64,000 nt of DNA from Nitrospirales bacterium (GCA_965203295.1 CBDBCZ010000017.1:1632001-1696000); one strand, 5' to 3'. Positions 39,575-52,211 are shown, counted from the stretch's first letter. The notes: generated by a model from the sequence alone, not told the origin. Numbers and translations: made by a program.

Positions 39575-39621
39575 AACCACAAGCATTTTAAACAAGTGCT
39601 GCCTATATAAGGAGGGAGCTG
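39575..39621 (+). promoter_or_regulatory. Relic cassette #13: promoter only, body replaced
   Basis: TATTCACCACCTTAATTGCTAAT...AACCACAAGC...TATATAAGGAG 39604, then unrelated sequence. Confidence 0.45.
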
Positions 39622-40183
39622 CTAGCTGTAGGTATTAGCAGGGGCGCCGTAAGCACTTTTGCATTGGTCTGGCTGACAAACAGAGCGTCGAGAGTGTGTT
39701 GCGTAGCAGGCCCCCATGCAAAGCGTGGAAATTTTTTTAATTACACTTTTTAAGGGGTTAGGAATGGCTCTAATGAAGTCTTTACAAATCAGTACTGCCC
39801 ACACGCTGCGTAGTATCAGAAGTATTAGCTCAAACAGCCGAAGTAATCTCCAGATGTGAAATACCAGTCGCACAAATCTCCCACGTTGTATAGCTACGTA
39901 TGTGTACGCGTACTTCCGCATAGACAGTGTCACGTGGCTTATGTGTGATCGCGGATCGCGTTCAATAATGGTTGACATCAATGCCTGTCACTTTAGGTCG
40001 TATGTGGTAAGCCTCTGGAGAACCTCTGCCACTTGCCGATGGATGAACCTGCTAAGAACGTAATGCTATATAATATGAGGGCACCAAGTGACGAGGAAGT
40101 GGTGGACACTACACTAAGAACCTGGCCCTGCTGGTAAGTATAATTAACATCCAGGCAACATTCAAAACATGCAGTAAGAACAT

Positions 40184-40920
40184 TTATACCGTACTTAAGT
40201 CATTCTGACCAATCAGCTTACAGTATTCGAGGGATATAACGGTTCATATATCCCGTGCGCATACGTGATGTAGGTACCCGGTTTCGTTCAAACGTCGAGA
40301 AAGCTACGCGGTAGGTTAGTAGTTGGGGAGTCTAGGCGGTTTTTTTACGCAGGGTATTCGAAAATCGATGCAGGAAAGCATGGTAAGCTACTGCTCTTTG
40401 TTTGTGGGTAGTTTTGTTGGATTTCCATGTACCTATGCATGTGGCCACACGGACAGCCTACTAAAATGGCGCTAGGCGCTGGCTAGACGGCTAGCTGCCG
40501 TAGCTACTAGCAATCCATTGTGCTTGCTACGTCTAGTTAGTGTTTTGCTACTTGTGGCTATTATTTTGCATTTTAAAAGCCTGCTGGCTTGCTGGTTTAC
40601 CGTAATGTGTGCCAAACGGCGCCTTTTGCAAGCTTTTGCCGAGCTCGGTGCCAAGCGGTAGTTCGTCCCACAGTTCTTATGCTTCTCACAGATCTTGCAA
40701 CTCTTGTCAGAATGACTTATGCATGGTATATATTAGTTGTATCCCTGCCCAGCGGGATATAAGACCCGCTATATCTCTTGGGAAAGGTCAGTGCTTTCGT
40801 GAAGCCTCGGAAGTGTCTCGGGCTGCGCCCTCGACACTTCCTCGGCTTCACTCAAGCACTGACCTTTCCCGCGGGATATAACGGGTCTTATATCCCGCTG
40901 GGCAGGGATATAACCTATAC
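40184..40920 (-). mobile_element. Hairpin-type non-autonomous element (unclassified), reverse orientation
   Basis: ~180-nt hairpin 40736-40914 with CTCG/CTCG mismatches; second inverted repeat TAAGTCATTCTGAC (~40196) / GTCAGAATGACTTA (~40706). Confidence 0.6.
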
Positions 40921-43203
40921 TTACCCTCAATTTACAGAGGAAATACATAGGACACATCCTGATTGCATTGCCCTAAAGAACTTCCACAGCGGATACAAGA
41001 ACTGGAAAAACTCCACGTATCTAATGGGCGAAGTAACCAATGATAAATGGGTGGAGATTACCACTGAGGATGCTGTTCATCTGTATGATACTCACCCATG
41101 AACGTTTCCAGAGATACCAATAGATCTGCCAGATGAGCCTGAAGACCTGTGAATCGACTGATCATCCCAGTGGAACTCTCCCTCCTGTTATTCCTGAAAA
41201 TTATGAATTTCCTGATTTGCAAATTTAGCCACCTTGAATTTATATAGTTTGTTATACTCACCTCATGCATTATTAATTATTCACTGATTATTATATCCTA
41301 AACGCATACAAACATCATTTCACAAAACCCATGCACACTTATTGCATGTCCAATTATAGTTGGAAGAGTGTATATACTCGTTATAATGAGTCAAAAAGTG
41401 CCTTATTTATGTCAAGTTCGGGTGCTGTTGTTTATCGAGATCGTTTTTCCCCTGTACACTAAGACTCGTGGTACCCAACCCGGGATGGGGCTTCTCATCC
41501 TTCCAGCTGGACTCGCCACCAATGCATCATCCAGTGACCGTATACAAGGACTGTCGTCTTACTCTGCTAGTGCATGGCGGGAAGATAAAGGCTGCATGTA
41601 CTATGTCATACTTTTGCCTACCCCAAAAAGGCATCTTTTGGTACTATATAGGCTGACCTTCAAATTCCGCGGGGTCTTCAGAAAGAGGAACCATGCAGTC
41701 AATGCATGTTCATGATAAGTGATTGGATTACAGCTATACACACACACCCTCTTTAGCATATCAGCCAGCGGCCCAGAGAAATTAATCCTTTTTGCAATTG
41801 GACTGTATAAGTGCAGTCATGGTTCATGCTTTCAGTAAGAATACTTTGCCCATGCATGCATGGATAATATAGTACTATATTATCCATGATGCATGTAATC
41901 ACTTTCGTTGGTGGCTTGCTGGCTGATTCCAGCCCTTTCCTTGAATTCAATTCGAGGCTGTATGTGAACAAAACAGTTTGTTCGCTGTAGCCTCGAACCC
42001 AGGCCTTCCACGCAGATTTTTTCGCGAACACGTGGATATTGTATACGGCGCCGCTCGCTACAGGGAGAAGTTCTGGAGAATGTTTGAGCAGGAGCAGGGG
42101 AGGGTTACTGCAGTGCCAGACCGCTCTGGGAATGACCCAGGTAGGAAGTGGTTTCGAGGGTCTCGCATGAGAAACGCTGCAAAATTTCTATCAATCTTGT
42201 TTCCCCGGCCGCACGAGCAAATAACTAAAGCGGCGAGCCGTTTTTTGTTCGTTCTTGCGGGGAAAAGTCTGGCTGGGATTCTGGGAACAACGCTAAGGTT
42301 ACAGAGATTTACAAAAGCTTGCAGCAGACTGTGTAGAGTAGAAACCCACAAAGCCTGCCCTGCTTGGTAACGAGGCTTTCATCTAGAGTGTAATAGTTTA
42401 GCTACGTTTCAATTTGTGGTTTGCTAGTCCTTGTTCATGTGTTGCAAGCATTCTTATAAAACTCTGTACCTACAGTATGTGCAGCTAATTGCTCTACATG
42501 ATGGCAACCTCAGTAGTCTTGTTTGAGGTGGGAAAATATCTACTAAGCTTCCCCTCCTTGTTTCAGCCTCAGGATGTGATGCCCAACAGCACCCTGGTGG
42601 GAGAGTCTGCTGAGCTGTGACTGGCTACATCACAACAGGCTACTGGAGGGCAACTGCTGAACTGGAAGTGCTATGGTTAGTGTCTTGGTAGAGGGGGTCA
42701 CCAGGGTGGGCCTTTGGTAACCAAGGTCTTATTAGTCTCATTATAAGCCTGCAAGTTGTGAGTAGTGTAGCAGTGAGTTGTCTGGGGAGTTGGCAGCACT
42801 CCTCAGGCTACATGTAATCAAATGATGTCAACATGAAAGTCTACACTAAATTGACTAAAAGTGTGTATATATCCACACTCTCTGCTAAATAATCCACAAA
42901 AGCCCAATTTATTTTAACTACAGAAGACAGGCTAAAAACATTGTGGCTTCTCACGGGAATGCGTCAGACCCAGCTTTTCAGCCCAGATCACCTCTAACCA
43001 CCTGACCACCCCAATAAGCTCATTTTCGCCCATAAATCATCAAGCCTGGCCTTACAAATTTGCAACCTATTCACAGCAAATCAATGTCAGCTTTTTTCCA
43101 ATCACCCTTTAGTTACTGAGAACCACTTACTAAAGCACTCCCTATAATAACCTCCTGCTTTGAAATGGTTAGCCCTTTTTGAAATTGTTAATTGACTTTT
43201 TAA

Positions 43204-43250
43204 GCCAGCAAGTGTTTTGAGCAAGTGCTGCCTCTGTAAGGAGGGACCTG
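43204..43250 (+). promoter_or_regulatory. Relic cassette #14 (mutated PSE-like box and TATA)
   Basis: GCCAGCAAGTGTTTTGAGCAAGTGCTGCCTCTGTAAGGAGGGA aligns with subfamily A promoters; no Sm site downstream. Confidence 0.4.
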
Positions 43251-44230
43251 CAGTAGCCATTACTCCTGACATGTAGCATGTTGCGTAGGTGTATCAAAGG
43301 GACCGACAGTGCAATATATTCCATATTGCACTGCTTCCGGTGATATATATATATATATTGCACCGGAGCTACCAACAGCGGTTCAAAGAGTATGGCAAGC
43401 AAGCTTCAAAAACGCCTAGAATTCAGTTAGCTTGACCAACTAGAGCTGGCTAGGCTCTCTAGAGCTCTGTAGACATTTACTGGGAGGTACGTAATGGTCA
43501 AACGGTAAGCATGACAAAACGGTTTTAACAACTCAAAATCTTCTCTGCTATCACAAACTAGCAACTCTATTCAATATGAAAGCCAGCTAGTAGCTACAAC
43601 AGTACACCGATCTAGCTCTTGCGTAGCCACAAGAGCTGGCAGTTAGTCTCGCGAGACTAGGCTGGCAGTATGACTCTCTACAAACTACAGACAGAGGTAG
43701 AGTAACTTGCAGTGCCGACCGCTCTTATTGCTCACTCAGACAGCCGTTCAGACATGCTACGAACAAATTAAACCACAGCCCTTGGAGCTGTGGTTTAACC
43801 TATACATATTCGTTCCCAGGCCCCCACTTGCACAAAGGTAAAGTGAAGTGCCTGCTATATAAAGTCCCGTTATCTTCTTACGTCATTACGTGTGGTAGGG
43901 TCCAATTTAGAGGACGGCTACATTCTTCCGGAGGCTTTGTTTCAGCAGAGAGTCTGTGGCACATTTGGGTTGTAAAGATTTGCTACAAGAAGTGTAGATT
44001 CGCTACCTTCACCCTTCACTCGTCTGAGAATTGCAACTGTGCTCGCCCATGCTCTACAAGTACCTCCTACTACCTTTCTACTCTTGGTGTGCCAATTTTG
44101 TCTAACGATAACCTTGTATCTATTGCTGTACATGTCAGGCCTGGCATGTGCTATCAAATTTTATTGACCTAACATTGATAAATGTACAATGGACTCCCTA
44201 CATTGCCACAGTATCTGCCCAGACTAGTGG

Positions 44231-44817
44231 TAGCCTCGTACCCGGGCCTTCCCTCACGGCTTCTTTCGCAGCCGTGGCAAGAAGCGTGGGTAAGGCCTGG
44301 AAGTAAACGTCACGTGAGGCGTGCCATTGTTTACATCAGCTGCAACGCGAAGGAATGAAGTGGTATTGACAGAAATACACGTGACGATTTATAGTAACCT
44401 TCAAAGTTAAAAGAGCAACAGGAAAGCGAAGCTGGAGACGATCTACTACACTCACTTGAGAGCTAGATGCACAGACAGCCACATTTAATCAGCACAACAG
44501 TCCTTGGCATACCAACTCGAGCAGCGTAAACTTTTTTTGCCAGTGGTTGACACTCGCATTTCTTGGGATTCTCTACTATCATGACCCGTTCGGCTCACCA
44601 ACTATACAGTAGTGAGTGTCTCCAGAACACAGTGTTGCTAGAGTCTTGGGAGTCTCAGAGCGCCACTTGAAAAACCTCATGAGTGCAAATGAGCCCGTGA
44701 ACCCTTGTAGTGGCGAAGACGATAGGACACATCACGAGATGTTTACTTCCAGGCCTTAACCACGCTTTTTGCCACAGCTGCAAAAAAGCTGTGAGGGAAG
44801 GCCTGAGTAGGAGGCTA
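44231..44817. mobile_element. MULE-type MITE (TAGCCTCG family), copy 1
   Basis: Long TIRs; degenerate TSD GACTAGTGG/CACTAATGG. Confidence 0.8.
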
Positions 44818-44900
44818 CACTAATGGCCCTGAGAGTGAACAGTGATGATAGACAGTAATTACATCTTGGGTGAATTAATGAATATCAGTATTCCTACAAA

Positions 44901-45027
44901 ACCCATAAGTGACTTGCTCACAGTGGGCCTATAAAAGCAGCTCTGACAGGTGGGTAAGGTTGACCTAACTGTGGCTTACTTTCCCCATAGGGAAAATAAT
45001 TTTTGGGAGCCCATTCTTGTATGGGCT
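44901..45027 (+). ncRNA. Putative Sm-class small RNA gene cassette #15 (subfamily B)
   Basis: ACCCATAAGT 44901; TATAAAA 44930; stem TTTCCC-CATA-GGGAAA; AATTTTTGG 44998-45006; AGCCCAT...ATGGGCT. Confidence 0.6.
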
Positions 45028-45319
45028 TTATACACGTACAGGACATAGTAACATGTTATCCAGTTCTGGCAAGTATTCAGTGGTGGATGCTGTACCCATG
45101 TCCAATCATGTCTTTTTGGACATGTTTGACACTAGCCTACAGATTTGCTACTTTAAGATTGCACACTTTTGAGAAAGCACACTTTTGAGAAAACAGATGT
45201 ATACCAGTAGCTACACTGCATGTGGTGACAGTATTGGAACAGATGTAGCATGCTTATGGCCGATGCACAACCCTGCAGAAACAACCCTACATTGCCACAG
45301 TATCTGCCCACACTAATGG

Positions 45320-45917
45320 TAGCCTCGTACCCGGGCCTTCCCTCACAGCTTCTTTCGCAGCCGTGGCAAGAAGCGTGGGTAAGGCCTGGAAGTAAACATC
45401 ACGTGAGGCGTGCCATCGCTTATTTCAGTTGCAAACACGAAGAAATGAAGTGGCATTGACAGAAGTACACGTGACGATTTATAGTAACCTTGAGTATATT
45501 TCAAAGTTAAAAGAGCAACAGGAAAGCGAAGCTGCAGACTATATCCTACACTCACTTGAGAGCTAGATGCACAGACAGCCACGTTTAATCGGCACAACAG
45601 TCCTTAGCATACCAACTCAAGCAGCGTAAACTTTTTTTCCAGCGGTTGACACTCGCATTTCTTGGGATTCTCTACTATCATGACCCGTTAGGCTCACCAA
45701 CTATACAGTAGTCTGTGTCTCCAGAACACAGTTTTGCTAGAGTCTTGGGAGTCTCAGAGCGCCACTTGAAAAACCTCATGAGTGCAAATGAACCCGTGAA
45801 CCCTGGTAGTGGGGAAGACGATGGCACGCATCACGTGATGTTTACTTCCAGGCCTTAACCACGCTTTTTGCCACGGCTGCGAAAAAAGCTGTGAGGGAAG
45901 GCCTGGGTAGGAGGCTA
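45320..45917. mobile_element. MULE-type MITE (TAGCCTCG family), copy 2
   Basis: Long TIRs; perfect 9-bp TSD CACTAATGG. Confidence 0.85.
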
Positions 45918-46000
45918 CACTAATGGCCCTGAGAGTGAACAGTGATGATAGACAGTAATTACATCCTGGGTGAATTAATGAAAATCAGTATTCCTACAAA

Positions 46001-46148
46001 ACCCATAAGTGACTGGCTCACTGTGGGGCTATAAAAGCAGCTCTGACAGGTGGGTAAGGTTGACCAGAGTCAAGGTCGACACCAGCCAACTGTGGCTGAC
46101 TTTCCCCATAGGGAAAAGAATTTTTGGGAGCCCATTCTTGTATGGGCT
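46001..46148 (+). ncRNA. Putative Sm-class small RNA gene cassette #16 (subfamily B; tandem paralog of #15, 21 nt longer)
   Basis: ACCCATAAGT 46001; TATAAAA 46030; stems GTTGACC/GGTCGAC, CAGCCA/TGGCTG and TTTCCC/GGGAAA; AATTTTTGG 46119-46127; AGCCCAT...ATGGGCT. Confidence 0.6.
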
Positions 46149-48098
46149 TTATACGCGTACAGGACATAGTAACATGTTACAAGTAGTTGTGTTTGTTGAA
46201 CTCGCTCGCTGCACTCGCTCTATACAGATAGGGATTAAAGATGTAATCTGCATGTGATTTGTTGGTTTGTAGGGTACATTTAGCTAGTAGTGTTGCTGGC
46301 AGACTGAAGTGTGGAGACAGCGCTACAGAGAAGACTACAATCAACTGTAAAACAGTTTAGGCAGGCTGGGACTACAGTCTAGCTCTTCACAGCCATAGCC
46401 TAGCTACATATCAAGTGAATAGCACTGATTTTATTCTCAGCATGGCTACTTGCATGTTCACCACATTCTAACTAGAGGCAGTGACTCAGAGGAGAGACTA
46501 CAAACAGCTGCTAGACCAAACAGGCAAGCTAGCACTGTAGCCTAGCTATACCACAGGCTACATGCAGGCGAACGGCACCGACTCCATTTAATGCACATCG
46601 ACATGGTTAGCCTAGCATAGCAGTTATATCTCTGCTTGGCTTTCACTTACAGATAGGACTATACCGCAACTAACCTTTGTGTTAAAGTGCCTGACTTCTC
46701 ACACTTCACGTACAGACACGTGGTACTTTGACCTGTGACCGTGAACTGGTCACAGGTCGAAGGTGCATCCAGGAGCGCGCGCATGCGGCTTCCGTTTCCG
46801 TTTTTCACACGTACGCACGGACACACGAACACACGAACACACGAACACACAAACGGACACAACCAGGCGTAATAATAGATACAGTTCTGGCAAGTATTCA
46901 GTGGTGGATGCTGTACCCATGTCCAATCATGTCTTTTTGGACATGTTTGACGCTAGCCTACAGATTTGCTACTTTAAGATTGCACACTTTTGAAAAAGCA
47001 CACTTTTGAGAAAACAGATGTATGCCAGTAGCTACACTGCATGTGGTGACAGTATTGGAACAGATGTAGCATGCTTATGGCCGATGCACAACCCTGCAGA
47101 AAGTGCCATCCGGTTAGGCAACGGGATTGCCCCGTTGCGTAACCGAGTAGCGCTAAAGTTGTCCGGCTGTACAACCGGACAATACTAGAATTGTCCGGTT
47201 ATGTAACTGGAGTTACACAGTTGCACAACTGGGTGATAAAACTCCATTACAGAACCGGACAACCTACTGTAGCTTTGCTGAGTTGCACAACCAGACAGTG
47301 TAGCTGACTTGAGCCACTCACACGCAACTGCCAAGTATTACAGCTAGTGTACCATTTCATTACTAAACAAACATGCTAGTGATGCGTGAATTCTTCAGAA
47401 TCAGTTCCTGTTTGTCTGTTCTGTATGCACACGGTCTCTGTTCCAGGGCATCTGCTCGCAACTGTATGCACTTCAGCTCATTGGTCAGTCGTGGCGACCT
47501 GTAGTGAGTGGCACATTGACGCCGGTAGAGGATTAGTTCTTGCCATTGAAATTGGCCAATTCGGTTTCAGCATACCCTCAGGATATAGGTGCAGATCAGT
47601 GAGTACTTCTGATCATGACGTATCTCAATGTAGCCAAGTGTGCATGGAATTTGTGCACCTCAGAACCGCTACATAAGAGAGAGATGCTTGCATACATGTG
47701 CAACTGGCTGTGTCAATTCTCTCCCTCCAGACTGCTCATCTGCTGCAGCCTGGCATCTCTTTCCAACAGTCTCTGCTAGAGTGCCCCTCTGATAGGTTCT
47801 CCTCTAGCATCTGTCTTCTCAGTGGTGTCTTCTATAGAATAACGGTATACCTTCTTTTAGCAGTACCTGTTCTCTATCACTGACACTCAACATCGGTCTG
47901 CTTTAGGTGGCATACGCTACCAAAATACAAACCTTCCCGTTGTTCAGCTGCCTAGAAAGCACGGCGGTACGTTCTTTTCCTGTTCACGCTGTCCTTTACG
48001 TGCATGTACTCTTTGAACAGACACTCTGAAGCCACCATGTCTACACTCATACCAAAAAAATGGCAAAACAGGCTGTAGCTTGGTGTAAACTGCATGAT

Positions 48099-48870
48099 TA
48101 CAAGTACTTGCGCTCGCTTCGCTCGCGCAAGTACTTGTGTGTGTTCAACTCGCTCACTCTGTACCGATAGAAATGAAAAGTGTAACCTCTATGTGATTTG
48201 CATGGAACAGTATAGCATCTTCTGCCAATGAAGCAGTGCTTTTGACTAAGCCGCATGTCAGTGTTGAAAATTGACTTGTCAGAGGGGGGGGTAAGTATAT
48301 AGTACGTGTGCACACTACATTTCTTTTAGAAGCCAAAGCATGTATTATGTAATGTCCATGTAGTATGGAATGTGGAGCATCTGCCAGTGGCAGTAGCCTG
48401 ATCGAGACTTTGACAGTAGTTTCTACCTGAGCCATGTGGAGGCAGCAACTCAAAGGAGAGACTGCAAATAATTACAAAACTATACCCACATCAGCACATG
48501 TAGCACGTAGGCGAATGGAACTGACTCCATTTAATGCACATCGTCGTAGTTTGTCTAGCGTAGCAGTTACAACTGTGCATGGTTTGCACTTACAGGACTA
48601 TACAGCTACTGACCTTCGCAATAGAGCGCGCTCGAAGTGCTGATTTGAGGCCATCATGATAATACCGTTAGCTGTTAGAGCATCCTAACGCACGCAGTGG
48701 TCAAAGTTGTCCCAACGCATGCAGCGGTCAAAGTACTAATTAGCTATGTACACATATGATGACGTCACGGTCTTCTCGCGCAATCGAGGTTTATTAGTGG
48801 ACGTTACATCCGTTACACACACACACACACACACACACACAGACGGACAGAACTAACGTTAAAGTATTGA
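48099..48870 (+). mobile_element. ~770-bp Helentron/HINE-like interspersed element; older relatives at ~740-1200, ~16540-16940 and ~46180-46880
   Basis: Terminal palindrome, (CA)n near the 3' end, several diverged copies in the window. Confidence 0.7.
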
Positions 48871-49088
48871 TGGATTCTAGTAAGGAAAAGTCCCTACGGT
48901 TACAGCATCTCTGTGACGTCAAATAAACATGACCGTTAAGTATGGCAGTTATGGAGGACTTGGCAGACAAGTACCTTATTGTCAGTCCACAGCCTTACTT
49001 TTAAAGTAGCTATGCAGTGCCTGCAGACTCTGAGCACTGTATCTCAGACATAACCCTATTCATGCTGCCTAATTGCTAATATTGACAA

Positions 49089-49209
49089 ACCCACAAGTGG
49101 TTTGAACTATTCTACCTTTATAAGGAGAGTGCTAGAGGTCCTCAGTGTTGCCAATCTACTAGTTGAAGATCAGTACAATTTTTGGGAGGCCTACTAACCA
49201 AGGAGGCCT
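49089..49209 (+). ncRNA. Putative Sm-class small RNA gene cassette #17 (subfamily A)
   Basis: TATTCATGCTGCCTAATTGCTAAT upstream; ACCCACAAGT 49089; TTTATAAGGAG 49117; AATTTTTGG 49177-49185; AGGCCT...AGGCCT hairpin. Confidence 0.6.
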
Positions 49210-50115
49210 ATATAGCTCTCTGAAATGTGAATGTACCGTGATGATTGGTGCACACAGTGCTGTATTTTTCATGCCCAACTGTCTTCAAGTACCCATAGCT
49301 TTGCATTGCGTACTTAGAGTGCATCAAACCTCCCTCGGTAAAGTGCCATTTTTGTATTGTGTTTGAATGTGGTATACCTACAACTGATACCAGAACAATA
49401 TATATTCTTGGTAAGTGAAGGCTGAAGGTTTTCAGGGCAAGCGTAAACGAGGCCGTGTTGTGATGATTGAAATTTTATGGATGTGTGTGTGCGCATGTCC
49501 TACGTGGTGAATATACCACAAATGCATCAGAAAGTAGTTGTACACTACTGAGGGGGCAAAGGTTTGCCCCCTGATACATCCTCTATAGGAAATAGACAGA
49601 ATTCACAGATACGCAACTCTGGAACATTACAATTGCCATCGACACAACCATCCATACTCTTCTCTCCCTCAAAAAAGAACAGAAACAGGTTATAGAAAAC
49701 CTGAAAGAACATGTAATGATGAAATCCCAAAAAAAGCAACCAAGGAAGCACCACAATGTTATCACAGATTACCATCCCTACATTTTCGGACAATTTTCCA
49801 ACCCCCCACACTCCACATTCCCTAGCTACTAACCTTGTTTCCCTACACAAGTGAACAAATGTAACTGGGAAAAGTGCTGAGCCATTTTTTTGGGGGTGGT
49901 TGTTCTTTTCTTGCGGGGGAGGCCTGGCTGGAATTCAGTAACAAATTAATGCTCACCAAACACCCAGTTTTACATCTAAAGGTATTGCAGCTGTTCTTTA
50001 GCCGTGCGTGGATCCACGATGCAACCTCAATTCTAATCTTACATGTAGGCCAAGGTGCTTTGCTTGTTGAGTTGGGAAGTATTACATTACCACACCATCT
50101 TGTTTCCAACCTCAG

Positions 50116-50250
50116 GTTTAGAAGCGCCGCAACACCGGAGTGAGTGAAATCAAAGTCCTCAACTTTGCCCTGGCTCGAGCTTCAGCTGAGATCATGACTG
50201 GCTACGTCACAACACGCTACTGGAGGGCGCCTGAGATCATGCTGAACTGG
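50116..50250 (+). pseudogene. p38-family MAPK orphan pseudo-exon (best copy)
   Basis: [40 protein letters not shown] versus p38 consensus [29 protein letters not shown]; preceded by CTCAG acceptor; DFG mutated to NFA. Confidence 0.85.
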
Positions 50251-50720
50251 TTAGTATCTTGGTAGAGGGAGTCACCAGGGTGGGCTTTTGGTAACCATGG
50301 TCTCATTAGTCTCATTATAAGTTGTGAGTAGTGTAGCAGCGAGTTGTCAGGCAAATTGACAGCATATTTGATCCTCTGGCTGATGTACAGTGCTCAGAAT
50401 CTAAAGAGTAGTATAAAACTTTTCGTGGCCAAACAGACGTGGCAGTATACCGTATGCCCACGAATAGACAGCGCCCTTGACTAGTAGTCATACTCGATTT
50501 GAAGCCGCACCTCTGGAAGTGCTGAACAAAATAGTGGCCACCCTCAATTAGTAGCTTAATTGATATTTGTGGCCAAATTCTTGTCATACTGTATTGTGTC
50601 AGGACTAGCTAATCTATGATATTGGGCTTGCATTCAAAACTGCACTCAACGTCTGGGCCCTGAGACTGGGCTGTAACCATACCTACATTCTGGGTGAATG
50701 AATATCTGTATTTGTACCAA

Positions 50721-50865
50721 ACCCACAAGTGACTTGCCCACAGTGGAACTATAAAGAATCAAAGCTCTAAGGAGAGGGTGAGGTAGAATCCATAGTAATC
50801 AACTACCCTTGCCATCTGCATGGTAGGCAAAGGACTTATTTTGGGAGGTCATACTGGTATGGGTT
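50721..50865 (+). ncRNA. Cassette #18 (subfamily B), Sm variant TATTTTGGG
   Basis: ACCCACAAGT 50721; TATAAAG 50750; GGGTGAGGT; pre-Sm stem CCTTGCC...GGCAAAGG; imperfect 3' hairpin CATAC-TG-GTATG. Confidence 0.45.
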
Positions 50866-51101
50866 AATCTAGAACTGGTCTTGCAGCCCAGGGACTGGAG
50901 TCTCCATTCTCTCTACAGAGCCATTTTTTAAAGCCTCGTTCCCAGTCACCACTAGTACTGCCAACATGCAATAACACTGACAGTGGAGTCTGGGAACGAG
51001 GCTGCCACTGTTATATGCATAGCTTTTCAAAGAGAGGAAGAACCACTTAGACTGGACAGATATAATAGTATTCATGCACCTTAATTGCTAATTACTGGCA
51101 A

Positions 51102-51224
51102 ACCCACAAGTGTATTGAGCAATGCTGTCTTTATAAGGAGGGAACTGCACACGCACACATTGTCAGATTCGGGTGTCTACAGCCTTTGTATCTACAATTT
51201 TTGGGAGGCCTAATCAAGGGGCCT
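51102..51224 (+). ncRNA. Putative Sm-class small RNA gene cassette #19 (subfamily A)
   Basis: TATTCATGCACCTTAATTGCTAAT upstream; ACCCACAAGT 51102; TTTATAAGGAG 51130; AATTTTTGG 51196-51204; AGGCCT...GGGCCT. Confidence 0.6.
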
Positions 51225-51393
51225 ACAGCTCACTGAAATGTGAATATACTGTTTCAGTGTGGATCACAGGAGCACACAGTGCTACAGCATGTGCCATACC
51301 ACACTACATCAGCTTTTTTGTAGTGATGGGCAATACCAGCAGCTATAGAATTGATATGATACCGATACTTAGGCCACAGGTATCGCTAATATC

Positions 51394-52211
51394 AACAAGA
51401 AAATGAAAAAATTTCAAAAAAATTTAAAAAGATGTAGGGATGGAGTGCCAAAAAGCAAGAAAACAAGGGTAGGGATAGCATGACGTAACATACACAGCCC
51501 CATCCCTACATCTTTTTCACATGTCACTGCAACCGTAGCGCTGCGATACAATTGATGTCATACCCATTTAACCAGTGACAACTTGCACCGGCCAACCCTC
51601 TTTGCACGGTTTGCTGATAATTATGTCACAGCTACATGCATGCATGTACCAGTTGAACCAGTAAATTGTATCATTAGTATTATGTCTGGAGTATAATTAT
51701 GCCTATGTTGTATGTTATATTGATACATATTTTTAAGTGGGGTACTAATGAGGATGTACACACTGTGTGCATGTTTGTATGTATATACATTGTACAGTGT
51801 GTTTATACAGGCAAACATTACACACAGTGTATATCCATGCAGGCTTATTAGTACTCTGAATGTAATTTCAGCCCATGATTGTACGTACATAGATTCTGTA
51901 ATGCAGGAGCTACTGTTTGGTGCGTCTCGTACAAAAGTATGTCTGGGTACTAAGGAGGCTGGAAATAAGCTGAAAATTACATACACAGCTTAAATTTCAA
52001 TACACATCCATGGCCACCCCCTTCTCAGTGCTGCCTACAGGAAGGACCATTAAGAATTAATTAGGCCATCATTGCAGTTGACATGTGAAAAAGATGTAGG
52101 GATGGGGCTGTGTATGTTACGTCATGCTATCCCTACCCTTGTTTTCTTGCTTTTTGGCACTCCATCCCTACATGTTTTTAAATTTTTTTGAAATTTTTTC
52201 ATTTTCTTGTT
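51394..52211. repeat. ~135-bp inverted repeat pair inside the hAT element (possible nested fold-back element)
   Basis: 51394-51532 is the near-exact reverse complement of 52072-52211; arms carry several GATGTAGGGATG/CATCCCTAC motifs. Confidence 0.75.

Larger units (their letters stand above)
44197..46180 (+). repeat. Tandem ~1.09-kb duplication (MITE + subfamily-B cassette)
   Basis: CCCTACATTGCCACAGTATCTGCCC at ~44197 and ~45286; 45061-45280 is repeated again at ~46882-47101. Confidence 0.9.

Noticed and set aside
40076..41101. Small two-exon gene (GTAAGT donor ~40134, ACAG acceptor ~40937, EEIHRTHPDC... peptide)
   Set aside because: Splice phases do not give a convincing joined ORF and I recognise no domain
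42343..42352. AACCCACAAAG as another cassette
   Set aside because: No TATA, Sm site or hairpin; lies within a MITE-derived repeat
47600..48050. Minus-strand Helitron-like N-terminal repeats (RDARLQQMSS, KFHAHLATL)
   Set aside because: Too degraded and frameshifted to call confidently; needs a profile search
51140..51204. Cassettes as canonical U5, U7 or U1 snRNAs (e.g. GCCTTTGTA in #19)
   Set aside because: No exact U5 loop GCCTTTTAC, U1 5' end ATACTTACCTG or U7 Sm site AATTTGTCTAG; too short for U1, U2, U4 or U5
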